A stretch of DNA of 64,000 nucleotides, taken from positions 10-64,009 of the forward strand of contig JAQYCE010000050.1 of assembly GCA_029003555.1 (NCBI GenBank), written 5' to 3'. The notes under the pieces were generated by a model. The model saw only the letters and a list, made by a program, of their open reading frames with translations. It was not told where the DNA came from and searched no databases. The DNA comes from Bacillota bacterium. Lineage in GTDB: Bacteria > Bacillota > Clostridia > Tissierellales > Peptoniphilaceae. This document shows positions 30,111 through 39,888 of this stretch, in pieces. The translations under genes were made by a program, and so were the position numbers. How positions within the stretch are numbered: position 1 is the stretch's first letter; each line of letters starts with the position of its first letter.

Positions 30111-31130
30111 ATGCCCATTATTGACCAGACCGATCCCCGGGCCATGGCCCGGTACGAAGACTTCATTGCCCACTCCCCCCACGGGGTCCTTTACCAGTCC
30201 ATCCACTGGGCCCATGTCAAAGAGAATTGGACCCCGGACTATATCACGGTGGAGGAGGATGGAAAAATCATTGCCGCTCTCTCCATCATCTCGGTCCATA
30301 ACCCCGAGGGTTCTTTTTCCTATGCCGTCAGGGGGCCGGTCTGTGACGTCTACGATATCGACCTGGTCAATCGTCTCGTCGAAGAGGCCCGGCCCGTCCT
30401 GAAAGAGAGGCAGAGTTTCCTCCTCCGGATGGACCCGGAGGCCCGCTATGACGAAGAGTTAATTAAGATTTATGAAGAAGCGGGTTTCCTCGTCCGGTCC
30501 CGGTCCTGCCCCATCCACTCCTTCTCCAACCCCCGCCTCAACATGGTGGTCTACCTGGACCAGGATCCCGAAGACCTCATCATGACCTTCGAAGGCCGCT
30601 TCCGGTCCAAGATCCGCCGTGCTTTTAAAAAGGGGGTGGAGGTCGCGATTTATCAGAAGGATGACCCGGGATTTGATGAGGTCTTTGACCGCTTCTATGA
30701 GATGACGGGCATCATGGCCGAGCGCCAGGAAATTGGCTACCGGCCCAAGGACTACTACCACCGCCTCTTCGAGGCCTATGAAAATACCTATCTCTATGAA
30801 GCCAGCCATGAAGGGGACCACCTGGCCTCCTGTATTGTCATCAACTACAACGACAAATCCCTCTACCTCTATGCGGCCTCGACCAATGAGAAGCGGAACC
30901 TCAACGCCTCCACCGCCATGAACTGGAAGGCTATTGAAGATGCGACCCGGGCCGGTTATAAGGAATATGACATGACCGGGGTCTGGTCCTTGGATGAGGA
31001 CGATGGCCTCTACCGCTTCAAGAAGCAATTCACCGGTGAGCGGGGAATCCGGGAGTTTGTCGGTGAGTTCGACTGGATCCTGGACCGGGATGCCTATGAG
31101 GCCTTTATGGAGGTCCAGAAGAAGAAATAA
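30111..31130 (+). CDS. FemABX/MurM family peptidoglycan bridge aminoacyl transferase
   Basis: 'YQSIHWAHVKENW', 'YAVRGPV', 'RSKIRRAFKKGV', 'YLYAAS', 'GLYRFKKQF..EFVGEFD'. Confidence 0.9.
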   Translation: MPIIDQTDPRAMARYEDFIAHSPHGVLYQSIHWAHVKENWTPDYITVEEDGKIIAALSIISVHNPEGSFSYAVRGPVCDVYDIDLVNRLVEEARPVLKERQSFLLRMDPEARYDEELIKIYEEAGFLVRSRSCPIHSFSNPRLNMVVYLDQDPEDLIMTFEGRFRSKIRRAFKKGVEVAIYQKDDPGFDEVFDRFYEMTGIMAERQEIGYRPKDYYHRLFEAYENTYLYEASHEGDHLASCIVINYNDKSLYLYAASTNEKRNLNASTAMNWKAIEDATRAGYKEYDMTGVWSLDEDDGLYRFKKQFTGERGIREFVGEFDWILDRDAYEAFMEVQKKK

Positions 31131-31155
31131 AACCGGAAAAGAAAGGGGAAGGCCT

Positions 31156-32088
31156 ATGATCTACACGCTGACTCTAAACCCGGCCATTGACCTGGTTGTC
31201 CAAATCCCCCGCATCGATTTAGGGGAGACCAACCGGATGGACCGGGCCTACTACCTGCCGGGAGGAAAGGGAATCAACGTTTCCCGTCTCCTCCACAACC
31301 TGGGCATGGAATCCCTGGCCCTTGGCTATATCGCCGGCTTCTCCGGGAGGGAGATCGACCGGGTTCTTCGGGAGGAAATGGACATCAATACCGACTTTAT
31401 TGAAGTCAGCCGGGGCTTTACCCGGATCAACCTGAAGATCAAGGCGGGAGAAGAAACCGAAATCAACGGCTTGGGCCCGGACATCGGGCCGGAAGAAGTC
31501 CAGGCTCTCTATGACCGTTTGGACCGGGTGAAGTCCGGGGACTTTCTCTTCCTTTCGGGCTCCATCCCTGCCAGCCTGGGCAAAGACTTTTACCAAAAAA
31601 TCATGGAAAGCTTGGCCGGAAGAGGGGTGGAGGTCGTGGTGGATGCGACCGGGAAAAGCCTGACTTCCACCCTCCCCTACCGGCCCTTCCTGGTCAAGCC
31701 CAACCGGCGGGAACTGGAAGAGCTCCTGGGCCATGAAGTGGTGGGCCTGGACCAAATCAAGGCAGGCAGCCGGGAACTTCAGGAAATGGGAGCCCAAAAC
31801 ATCATCATCTCCCTGGGCGGGGAGGGGGCCTACTTCTTCTCCTCGGATGGCCAGGACCTCTATCTCCCCGCCCCTAAAGGTAAGGTTATTGATACTGTAG
31901 GATCCGGCGATTCCATGGTGGCGGGTTTTGTCTATGCTTCATGCAAGGACTTTGCCCCCCTGGACGCCTTTGCCTTCTCTGTCGCTTGCGGGTCCCAATC
32001 CGCCTTCTCGCGGGGCCTGGCCCAAAAAGATGATGTCTTTGCCCTATACAAAAAAGTGAAAGGAGAAATGAAGGATGAGAATCATTGA
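31156..32088 (+). CDS. fruK: 1-phosphofructokinase
   Basis: 'MIYTLTLNPAID', 'GGKGINVS', 'KPNRRELEE', 'DTVGSGDSMVAGF'; overlaps the start of the PTS gene. Confidence 0.93.
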   Translation: MIYTLTLNPAIDLVVQIPRIDLGETNRMDRAYYLPGGKGINVSRLLHNLGMESLALGYIAGFSGREIDRVLREEMDINTDFIEVSRGFTRINLKIKAGEETEINGLGPDIGPEEVQALYDRLDRVKSGDFLFLSGSIPASLGKDFYQKIMESLAGRGVEVVVDATGKSLTSTLPYRPFLVKPNRRELEELLGHEVVGLDQIKAGSRELQEMGAQNIIISLGGEGAYFFSSDGQDLYLPAPKGKVIDTVGSGDSMVAGFVYASCKDFAPLDAFAFSVACGSQSAFSRGLAQKDDVFALYKKVKGEMKDENH

Positions 32089-33994
32089 CCTTTTGGATCC
32101 TCGCTCCATCGGTTTGGACCGTAAGCCTTCCGACAAACAGGATGCCATCGAAAGCCTGGTCGGATTGATGGAAAAGTCCGGAAAAGTAAGGAACAAAGAA
32201 GACTACCTGGCTGACGTCCTCAAACGAGAAGCTTCCGGGACCACCGGCGTGGGTGAGGAGATCGCCATCCCCCATGCCAAGTCCTCCTGAATGAAGGAGC
32301 CCGGCTTGGCCGCTATGACGGTCACTGAGGGGATGGACTTTGACTCCCTGGATGGGGATGATACCAAGCTCTTCTTCCTCATCGGAGTCCCCGAAAACTC
32401 CAATGACGACCATCTGAAGCTCCTCTCCCGCCTCTCCACCATGATGATGGACCCCGACTTTAAAAAGAATCTCCTGGAAGCCCCGGATCCCCAGTCCTTC
32501 CTGGCCGTGATTGAGGAAACGGAAAAGGCCCGTTTTGGCCAGGAAGAAAGCAAGCCGACTGATGAACCGGCCCCTGCCGGTCCGGATTCAACAAAGAAGT
32601 CCACCTATGACCTGGTCGGGGTAACCGGCTGTCCTACAGGGATCGCCCACACCTTCATGGCCAAGGAAGGGCTCATGAACAAAGCTAAAGAGATGGGCCT
32701 GACCATGAAAATTGAAACCCACGGATCGACGGGAATTGAGAATGCCTTAACCCCTGAGGATATTGCCGGGGCAAGGGGGGTCATTGTGGCCGCCGACGTT
32801 TCGGTGGAAAAGGACCGCTTCAACGGCAAACCCCTGGTTGAAACCAAGGTGGCCAACGGGATCAACAAGCCGGAAGAACTGATCAACCGGGTCCTTTCCG
32901 ACCAGGCTCCCCTCTACAAGGCCAAGGGTGAGGGCACTTCCACGGAAACTTCCGACCAAGAATCCTCCTCCATGATGAGCGCCTTCTACAAGCACCTCAT
33001 GAACGGGGTTTCCCATATGCTCCCCTTCGTCGTTGGAGGCGGAATCCTCCTGGCCATCTCCTTCCTCCTGGATGACTTTTCCATCGACCCGGCCTCCTTC
33101 GGGTCCAACACCCCTCTGGCCGCCTTCTTCAACCGGACCGGGTCAGCTGCCTTCGGCTTCATGCTCCCCATCCTGGCGGGCTTCATCGCCATGTCCATTG
33201 CCGACCGTCCGGCACTGGCTGTGGGCTTCGTAGGCGGCTACCTGGCCAATACCGGGGGTGCCGGCTTCCTGGGCGCCCTCTTGGCCGGCTTCCTGGCCGG
33301 CGGCATCATCCTGGTCCTCCGCAAGCTGACCGCCCCCATCCCCAAGACCATGGACGGGATTAAACCCATGCTCCTCTTCCCCGTTCTCGGCATCCTGGCC
33401 ATGTCCGCCACCATGATCTTCCTCCTCAACCCGCCCCTGGCCCAGGTTAACCGGGCCATCAGCCAGTGGCTTAATAACCTGGGTGGGTCCTCCAAGGTCC
33501 TCTTAGGCCTCCTCTTGGGCGGGATGATGTCCATCGACATGGGCGGGCCCATCAACAAGGCGGCCTATGTCTTTGGCACGGCCTCCCTGGCCCAGGGATC
33601 TTCCCCCGTCATGGCCGCTGTCATGGTGGGCGGAATGGTTCCCCCCATCGCCCTGGCCCTATCCATGATCCTCTTTAAGAATAAATATACGGCGCGGGAT
33701 AAGCAATCCATTCCTTCCAATATCATCATGGGCCTGTCCTTCATCACCGAGGGAGCCATCCCCTTTGCTGCCGCTGACCCCCTCCGGGTCATTCCGGCTT
33801 CCGTCGCCGGTTCCGCCGTGGCCGGCATGCTTTCCATGATTTTCGGCTGCTCCATCCGAGCCCCCCACGGAGGGATCTGGGTCATCGGAGTCATTGACAA
33901 CCCCTTGGGCTACCTGATTGCCCTGGTCGCCGGCTCCGCCGTCGCCTGCCTACTCCTGGGCCTTTTGAAAAAAGACCTACCCCAAGACCAATAA
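32075..33994 (+). pseudogene. fruA: Fructose PTS EIIABC interrupted by one in-frame TGA (32288-32290)
   Basis: IIA 'RE..GTTG..IAIPHAKSS*MKEPGLA..HLKLLSRL', IIB 'GCPTGIAHTFMA', IIC 'HLMNGVSHMLP..DMGGPINK..FITEGAIPF'; both ORFs share a frame and abut directly. Pseudogene status is uncertain because IIBC may still be made. Confidence 0.75.
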
Positions 33995-34014
33995 TTCATT
34001 AAAAAGGAGAATCT

Positions 34015-34926
34015 ATGAAAAAAGCATTGATTGTGGTTAATCCCCATTCCGGGGAGGACCAAGCTGATGAATTTGCAGAGAAACTTCAGGCCATCCTTCG
34101 AGATCGCTATGAAGAAATCACGATTAAGGAGACAAAAGAGGAGGAGGATGTTGCCCGTTTCTCCGAAGAAGCCGTCCGAGAAAAGTACGATGCCCTCTTC
34201 CTCATGGGTGGGGATGGGACCATCCATGACGGAGTCTGTGCGGTTGCTCCCCATGACTACCGGCCCATCATCGGGGTAGTTCCCATGGGGACCACGAACA
34301 ATCTTGCCGGTATGCTGGGCTTTTCCAATAACTATGAAGAAGCGATTAACCAGTTCAAAGATATTGAACCGGCCACCATCGATTTAGGAAAGGTGAACGA
34401 CGATTACTTTATCACCTCGGTCAATATGGGCCCTCTCTTTGAGAATATCGCAGAAACCTCCGGCGATGAGAAGGAAAAAGAGGGGAACCTGGCCTATATA
34501 AAAAGAGCCCTGGATTCCCTGGGGGACCAGGAAACCATCCCTTTCACCCTCCAGGTTGATGGAGAGGACCTCTCTGACAACTATTCCCTGATTATTATTG
34601 CCCTGGGTAACGCACTCGTTCGCGTACAAAATCTCTTTCCGGATGCCGATCTGGAAGATGGGAAGCTCAACCTCCTCGCTCTCAAAGCCTCATCCGCTTT
34701 TGATAAAATCAAACTCATTCCCAAACTCCTTTCAGGGGACAACTTGAAGGAGACGCAGGAAAACCTGATTCACCGAAGCTTTCAAGAAGCCAGGATCTCC
34801 GTTGGGGAAGGACATGATTCCTCTGTCATCCTGGTTGATGGCGATAAGGGAGGCTCCTATCCTTTGAATATCACCCTTCTTCCCCATTACCTCCGGGTTT
34901 TTCGGGCAAAAGAAGACGAAGCATAA
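34015..34926 (+). CDS. Diacylglycerol kinase family lipid kinase (YegS/BmrU)
   Basis: 'IVVNPHSG', 'GGDGTIH', 'PMGTTNNLA', 'VDGD'. Confidence 0.88.
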   Translation: MKKALIVVNPHSGEDQADEFAEKLQAILRDRYEEITIKETKEEEDVARFSEEAVREKYDALFLMGGDGTIHDGVCAVAPHDYRPIIGVVPMGTTNNLAGMLGFSNNYEEAINQFKDIEPATIDLGKVNDDYFITSVNMGPLFENIAETSGDEKEKEGNLAYIKRALDSLGDQETIPFTLQVDGEDLSDNYSLIIIALGNALVRVQNLFPDADLEDGKLNLLALKASSAFDKIKLIPKLLSGDNLKETQENLIHRSFQEARISVGEGHDSSVILVDGDKGGSYPLNITLLPHYLRVFRAKEDEA

Positions 34927-34933
34927 ACAAGGC

Positions 34934-34978
34934 AAAAAAAAGGGGAAGCGAACTCCATGTTCGCTTCCCTCTTTTTTT
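34934..34978. terminator. Bidirectional terminator between the lipid kinase gene and galK
   Basis: A-run, stem GGGAAGCGAAC/GTTCGCTTCCC, T-run, between convergent genes. Confidence 0.85.
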
Positions 34979-36179
34979 ATTTCTCGATCAGCCGGGCTCC
35001 ATCCCCAACCTCCGAGATGATGAATTCGCCCTCTCGGCCGGTTTCTTTCTTATAGGCCGAACCAACCCGGACCTTGAAGTCCTCAATGGCTTCTTCCCTT
35101 ACGATGGCAATGGCACAGCCGCCGAATCCGGCCCCGGTCATCCGGGCTCCATAGCAGGCCGGGTGGGCATTGGCCGCTCCGGTGATGGCATCCAACTCCG
35201 GTCCGGTCACCTCATATTCTTCGCGGAGGGCCTTGTTGCCGGCCCGGAGAATCCGGCCCAGCTTGACCAGGTCCTGGTCCTTCAAGGCCTGAACGGCTTC
35301 CTTGACCCGGATATTCTCCTCCACCACATACTTGGCCCGCTTCCTTAGGATGGGATCCTGGATCTTATCCAGGAGAGGAAGGTCCTCCTTCCCCAGGTCG
35401 CAGAGATGGCGGATGTCCCTGTCCTTCTTGAGGATGTCCAAGGCCTTTTCACACTCGGCCCGCCTCTCGTTGTACTTGGAATCCTTTAAGGCCCTGGGCT
35501 TCCTGGTATTCATGATCACAATTCTTGCCCCCTTGAGTTCAAAGGGGACGTAAGTATGGCTGGGGACGGAAGTATCCAGGACCATGGCGTAGTCCTTCTT
35601 GCCGAAGCCGATGACATACTGGTCCATGATCCCCGTGTGGAGGCCGAAGAATTCATTCTCGCACCAGACGCCCGAGCGAACCATATCCATCCGGTCCACC
35701 TTTCCCCCTGCCAAGAAGTGGTCAAAAATGACGGCGAAGAGGAGCTCAATGGAGGAGGAAGAAGAAAGACCGGCTCCGTTGGGGATATTCCCATAGATGA
35801 GAATATCCAGTCCCTGACCTTTTTTCTCCTGACCGTAGCCCAGGTCCTCCAAATAGCGGAAGACCCCGATGGGGTAGTTGATCCAGCCCCTTTGGTTGTC
35901 ATAATCCGGAAGGGGGTAGGCGACCTCTCCGAAGGATTTGAGATTGAGAGAGCCCAGGCGAAGCTTGCCCAGGTCGTTGGGCCTAGCCAGACCGTAGGTT
36001 CCTATGGTAATGGCACAGGGAAAGACCTGGCCCCCATTGTAGTCGATGTGCTCCCCGATCAGGTTGATCCGAGAGGGAGCAAAGAAAAATTTTCCCTCCG
36101 GTCCCGGCCCCATCTTTTGATCCATGACCCGGCTCAGTCGGTCAAGAATTTGCCCTTTATTTTCTCTTGCTTTGGTCAT
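34977..36179 (-). CDS. galK: Galactokinase
   Basis: 'RINLIGEHIDYNGG', 'IPNGAGLSSS', 'GIMDQ', 'GARMTGAGFGG'. Confidence 0.95.
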   Translation of the reverse strand: MTKARENKGQILDRLSRVMDQKMGPGPEGKFFFAPSRINLIGEHIDYNGGQVFPCAITIGTYGLARPNDLGKLRLGSLNLKSFGEVAYPLPDYDNQRGWINYPIGVFRYLEDLGYGQEKKGQGLDILIYGNIPNGAGLSSSSSIELLFAVIFDHFLAGGKVDRMDMVRSGVWCENEFFGLHTGIMDQYVIGFGKKDYAMVLDTSVPSHTYVPFELKGARIVIMNTRKPRALKDSKYNERRAECEKALDILKKDRDIRHLCDLGKEDLPLLDKIQDPILRKRAKYVVEENIRVKEAVQALKDQDLVKLGRILRAGNKALREEYEVTGPELDAITGAANAHPACYGARMTGAGFGGCAIAIVREEAIEDFKVRVGSAYKKETGREGEFIISEVGDGARLIEK

Positions 36180-37176
36180 AAAGACTCCCTTCTTTTTGGT
36201 CACCCGGGCCCGCCGGATCCTCATCCAGGTCTTGTATCGTCAGTTCCACCTGCCAGGTCATTTCCCGGCCTGCCTCCAGCCAGTCCCCGGTCCCATTTTC
36301 CAGTGCCCGGTCCAGCCGGTCATAGTAGCCATTGGATGGCTCGATGGCCAGGTTTTTCTCTCCCATATAGCCCCCCGTGGTGATCCAGACCCCCAGGTAG
36401 GGGAAGAGGTCCTGGTCATAGTGGAGATGGACAGCCAAGCCGGCATCCGGGTAAAGAACCCCGGTTGGCCCCTTGGGGGCCTTCCCCTCATAGTAGAACT
36501 TATAGGTATGGTTATCCACAAGACCGGATAAGATCCGGGGGTCAAAATCCCAGACTTCCTCATTCTGGACATTCTTTACGGAGAAGGGCTCCGGGAGGAC
36601 CAAGACCCCATCCCGAGAAAAGCGGAGGAGGCCATGGAGGGTCCAAAGCCAGGGATAGGACCGGTCCCCATGGTTGGTCAGGCGGTAGTCCAGGCGGACT
36701 CCCCGTCCTTGGAGAGAAACTTTTCTTTCCAGGGTCAGGGGCATGGAGGCCAGGTCAACCCGGCAGGTGACCTCCCCTTCTCCTGTCCCAACCAGCTTCC
36801 AGGTCTGGGACCACACCTCCCCATGGTCAAAGGTCTCCAAGGGTGGGTCCTGGACCCGGCAAGGGTCGATTGTCGGGATGCAGTCGTCCAGGCCTGACCG
36901 GTCGTGGTGGGAGAAATCATCTCCTATTGTTCGAGGTCGGTAAATTTTCCCCAGCTTCCCTGGCCGGCTCCAGTCCCCCTCCTCGAAAGTCGAAGGTTGG
37001 AAGAGGCACTCCACTCCCTTGGCCTTGTCGAAAAGGGAGGCCAGCTTAAAACCCCGGTCCGGAAGGAGGACCAGATGAAGGTCCTCATTCTCCAAAAGAA
37101 AAGGTTCAAGGGGGGGATTGGCCCCCTCCTGAACCCTTGATTGTTCATTGGTGATTCTTTCTTTTTTACCGTCCAT
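36157..37176 (-). CDS. Galactose mutarotase (aldose 1-epimerase)-like protein
   Basis: 'GLDDCIPT', 'DHGEVW', 'WLWTLH', 'YLGVW..LAIEP'; lies between mglC and galK. Confidence 0.65.
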   Translation of the reverse strand: MDGKKERITNEQSRVQEGANPPLEPFLLENEDLHLVLLPDRGFKLASLFDKAKGVECLFQPSTFEEGDWSRPGKLGKIYRPRTIGDDFSHHDRSGLDDCIPTIDPCRVQDPPLETFDHGEVWSQTWKLVGTGEGEVTCRVDLASMPLTLERKVSLQGRGVRLDYRLTNHGDRSYPWLWTLHGLLRFSRDGVLVLPEPFSVKNVQNEEVWDFDPRILSGLVDNHTYKFYYEGKAPKGPTGVLYPDAGLAVHLHYDQDLFPYLGVWITTGGYMGEKNLAIEPSNGYYDRLDRALENGTGDWLEAGREMTWQVELTIQDLDEDPAGPGDQKEGSLYDQSKRK

Positions 37177-37192
37177 GAAAACGCCTCAAAGA

Positions 37193-38215
37193 CTATTTCT
37201 TCCGCATGGTCTTGCGGATATCGAGGGCAACAGCGATGACGATGACGGCACCCTGGAAGATGTTGGTCATTTCCGGAGTGATGCCCAGGAACTGGAGGCA
37301 GGTCTTCAAAAGTTCGAAAACCAGGACGCCCAGGAGGACGCCGGGGACCGTTCCTACGCCGCCGGCGGTGGAAACGCCACCGATGGTGGCTGCTGCAATG
37401 GCTTCCAGCTCGTAACCGGTTCCGGCGGAAACAGCTGCTGACCCGGTTTTAGCGGTCAGAAGGAATCCGGCCAGACCATAGAGGAGACCGGCAATGGTAT
37501 AAATTTTCAGCTTGGACCGCTGAGTATTCACGCCGGAGACTTCCGCTGCAATCTCATTGCCGCCGATAGCATACATATTCTTTCCGTAGGTGGTGTAGTT
37601 ATAGATCACATACATGACTACGCCAACGAGAAGGGCAACAAAGAAAACCCAGGGAATAATCAAACCGCCAAGGGTCAAGCCTTGGGCACCGAAGCCGGTG
37701 AAGGTGTTATTGAGTGACCCGATGGGTTTATTCTGAGACAGGATCATGTTGGTTCCATAGATGGCAATCTGGGTACCCAGGGTGGCGATAAAGGGCGGAA
37801 CATTCAGGAAGGCGACAACGCAGCCGTTCATCAGGCCAACCAGGGCACCTAGGGCCAAGGCAGCTAAAAGGGCGACGGGAATGGGCGATCCGGCAATGCC
37901 TTCATAAAGAACGCCGGGAGCTTCCGGACGTTGGAGCATAAGAGCAGTGAGCACTGAAGTTAAACCTACAACACGGCCTGCAGAAAGGTCTGTCCCTCGT
38001 GTGATCAAGCAACCGGAAACACCAAGAGCAATCACAAAGCGGACGGAAACATTGGCCAGGATATTCTTTAGGTTAATAAAGCTGACAAAGTTATCGGCGG
38101 AAAATGATGTGTAAATCACCATAGCGATGATGACGACGATCAAGGCGTTTTCGATCAGCCACTCTTTCACCGAAGGCTTGTGAGCTTCAGTTGGTTTTTT
38201 TATCTTTTCACTCAT
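37193..38215 (-). CDS. mglC: Galactose/methylgalactoside ABC permease
   Basis: 'GTDLSAGR', 'PPFIATLG', 'YAIGGNE.AA.VSG', 'YELEAIAA..IGGVS'. Confidence 0.9.
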   Translation of the reverse strand: MSEKIKKPTEAHKPSVKEWLIENALIVVIIAMVIYTSFSADNFVSFINLKNILANVSVRFVIALGVSGCLITRGTDLSAGRVVGLTSVLTALMLQRPEAPGVLYEGIAGSPIPVALLAALALGALVGLMNGCVVAFLNVPPFIATLGTQIAIYGTNMILSQNKPIGSLNNTFTGFGAQGLTLGGLIIPWVFFVALLVGVVMYVIYNYTTYGKNMYAIGGNEIAAEVSGVNTQRSKLKIYTIAGLLYGLAGFLLTAKTGSAAVSAGTGYELEAIAAATIGGVSTAGGVGTVPGVLLGVLVFELLKTCLQFLGITPEMTNIFQGAVIVIAVALDIRKTMRKK

Positions 38216-39743
38216 GAGATTCTCCTTCTACAGCATTTTTCGTCATGAACCGGGTAGCCAGTTCCATCACCTTCTCCTGGGTAGCTTCCTCAGCCGTGAG
38301 ATAGCCGGAAATCCGACCTTCACACATGACCATGATCCGGTCCGACATCCCGATAATTTCTCCCATCTCCGAGGAAATCATGATGACCGATTTCCCCTCC
38401 TTGGACAGGTTATCGATAATCTCATAAATTTCATACTTCGCACCGACATCGATGCCTCGTGTCGGCTCATCCAGGATATAGATGTCCGGATCTGTAGCCA
38501 GCCAGCGGGAGAGAATGACTTTTTGCTGGTTGCCGCCGGATAGGTTGTTGATATGGGTAGCAGCGGAAGGGGTCTTAATTCGAAGGGCATCAATTCCCTT
38601 TGCGACCACCTCAGCCATCTTGGAGGTATTCAGGAGTCCGGATGACTTTTTATAACGGGACAAGGAAGAGATGGTGATGTTGTCCCCTACGCCCAGGACG
38701 CCGAAAATTCCCGATCCTCTTCGGTCTTCTGTCACCAGGGCCAGGCCGTTCTTAATGGCTTCTTTAGGAGAATCGATCTCCACCTTTTTCCCATTGACAA
38801 AAAGCTCTCCTCCGGGTTCATGGAGGCGGAGGCCGAAAATAGATTCCATGAGTTCGGACCGCTGGGCGCCGACCAAGCCGGCTACGCCCAGAACCTCCCC
38901 CCTCTTCAATTTAAAGGAACAGTCAACAAAGGAATGGGGGGTGGGTGAAGTGAAGTTTTTTACTTCCAAGGCGATATCGTCTTTGGACTCATCCACATGG
39001 TCCGGATATTGGTTGGTCAGCTCCCGGCCGACCATGTGGCGGACGATTTCCTGGTTGGAAATTTTCTTGGCATCAAAAGTGCCAACGTATTTTCCGTCCC
39101 GCATGATGGTGACATCATCTGCGATTTCTTTGATCTCATCCATCTTGTGGGAGATATAGATAATTCCGATTCCTTGCTTACATAAATTTCGAATAATACC
39201 GAATAAGGTGTCAACCTCGTTCATGGTCAAAGAAGAGGTCGGCTCGTCCATAATGACGATGTTGGCATGGTGGGAAATGGCCTTGGCGATTTCCACAGAT
39301 TGTTGCTGGGAAATGGTAAGGTTGGCCAAAAGGGTGGTGGGGGGAACCTGGAGCCCAACGGTCTCCAAATAGCCCGCCGTCTCCTTGTTCATGGTTGCAT
39401 GGTCCACAAAGCCTCTTTTGGTCGGATAGTCTCCGAGGAAGAGGTTCTCTGCAATGGTCATCATGGGGATAGGCTGGAGTTCCTGGTGGATCATGGAGAT
39501 ACCGGCGTCAATCGCTTCCTTCGACGTCGTAAAGTTAACACTTTTTCCCTGGTAGAGAATGTCTCCGCTGTCCTTTTTATAAATACCGAACAGGCACTTC
39601 ATCAAGGTGGATTTCCCGGCACCGTTCTCCCCCATCAATGCATGGACCGTCCCCTTTCTCAAGGTTAAATTTGCATCATCAAGGGCTTGAACACCGGGAA
39701 AGGCCTTGTAAATATGTTTCATTTCTAGAATGATGTCATTCAT
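38208..39743 (-). CDS. mglA: Galactose ABC ATP-binding protein (two NBDs)
   Basis: 'HALMGENGAGKSTLMKCLFG', 'LSGGNQQKV', 'DEPTRGIDVGAKYEIY'; start trimmed to ATG 39743. Confidence 0.92.
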   Translation of the reverse strand: MNDIILEMKHIYKAFPGVQALDDANLTLRKGTVHALMGENGAGKSTLMKCLFGIYKKDSGDILYQGKSVNFTTSKEAIDAGISMIHQELQPIPMMTIAENLFLGDYPTKRGFVDHATMNKETAGYLETVGLQVPPTTLLANLTISQQQSVEIAKAISHHANIVIMDEPTSSLTMNEVDTLFGIIRNLCKQGIGIIYISHKMDEIKEIADDVTIMRDGKYVGTFDAKKISNQEIVRHMVGRELTNQYPDHVDESKDDIALEVKNFTSPTPHSFVDCSFKLKRGEVLGVAGLVGAQRSELMESIFGLRLHEPGGELFVNGKKVEIDSPKEAIKNGLALVTEDRRGSGIFGVLGVGDNITISSLSRYKKSSGLLNTSKMAEVVAKGIDALRIKTPSAATHINNLSGGNQQKVILSRWLATDPDIYILDEPTRGIDVGAKYEIYEIIDNLSKEGKSVIMISSEMGEIIGMSDRIMVMCEGRISGYLTAEEATQEKVMELATRFMTKNAVEGESHE

Positions 39744-39838
39744 CGATGGGCCCTTTCTAGGTCTGCGAAGAATCTTGAACAAGTTCCGCAGTAAAGTCCG
39801 GTTTAAAGAAAAAGAATCAACAAAACCGGCAATATATG

Positions 39839-39869
39839 GAAAAAAGGCACCGCTCAAGGGAGCGGTGCC
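39839..39869 (-). terminator. Terminator-like hairpin after mglB
   Basis: GGCACCGCTC/GAGCGGTGCC stem plus U-tract. Confidence 0.7.
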
Positions 39870-39888
39870 CTATTCCCTATTGAATTAC

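Noticed and set aside
32288-32290. Genome-wide UGA reassignment as the explanation for the fruA stop
   Set aside because: Many genes here end at TGA at the expected family C-terminus (recO, dnaJ, AKR, pyrR, pyrB).
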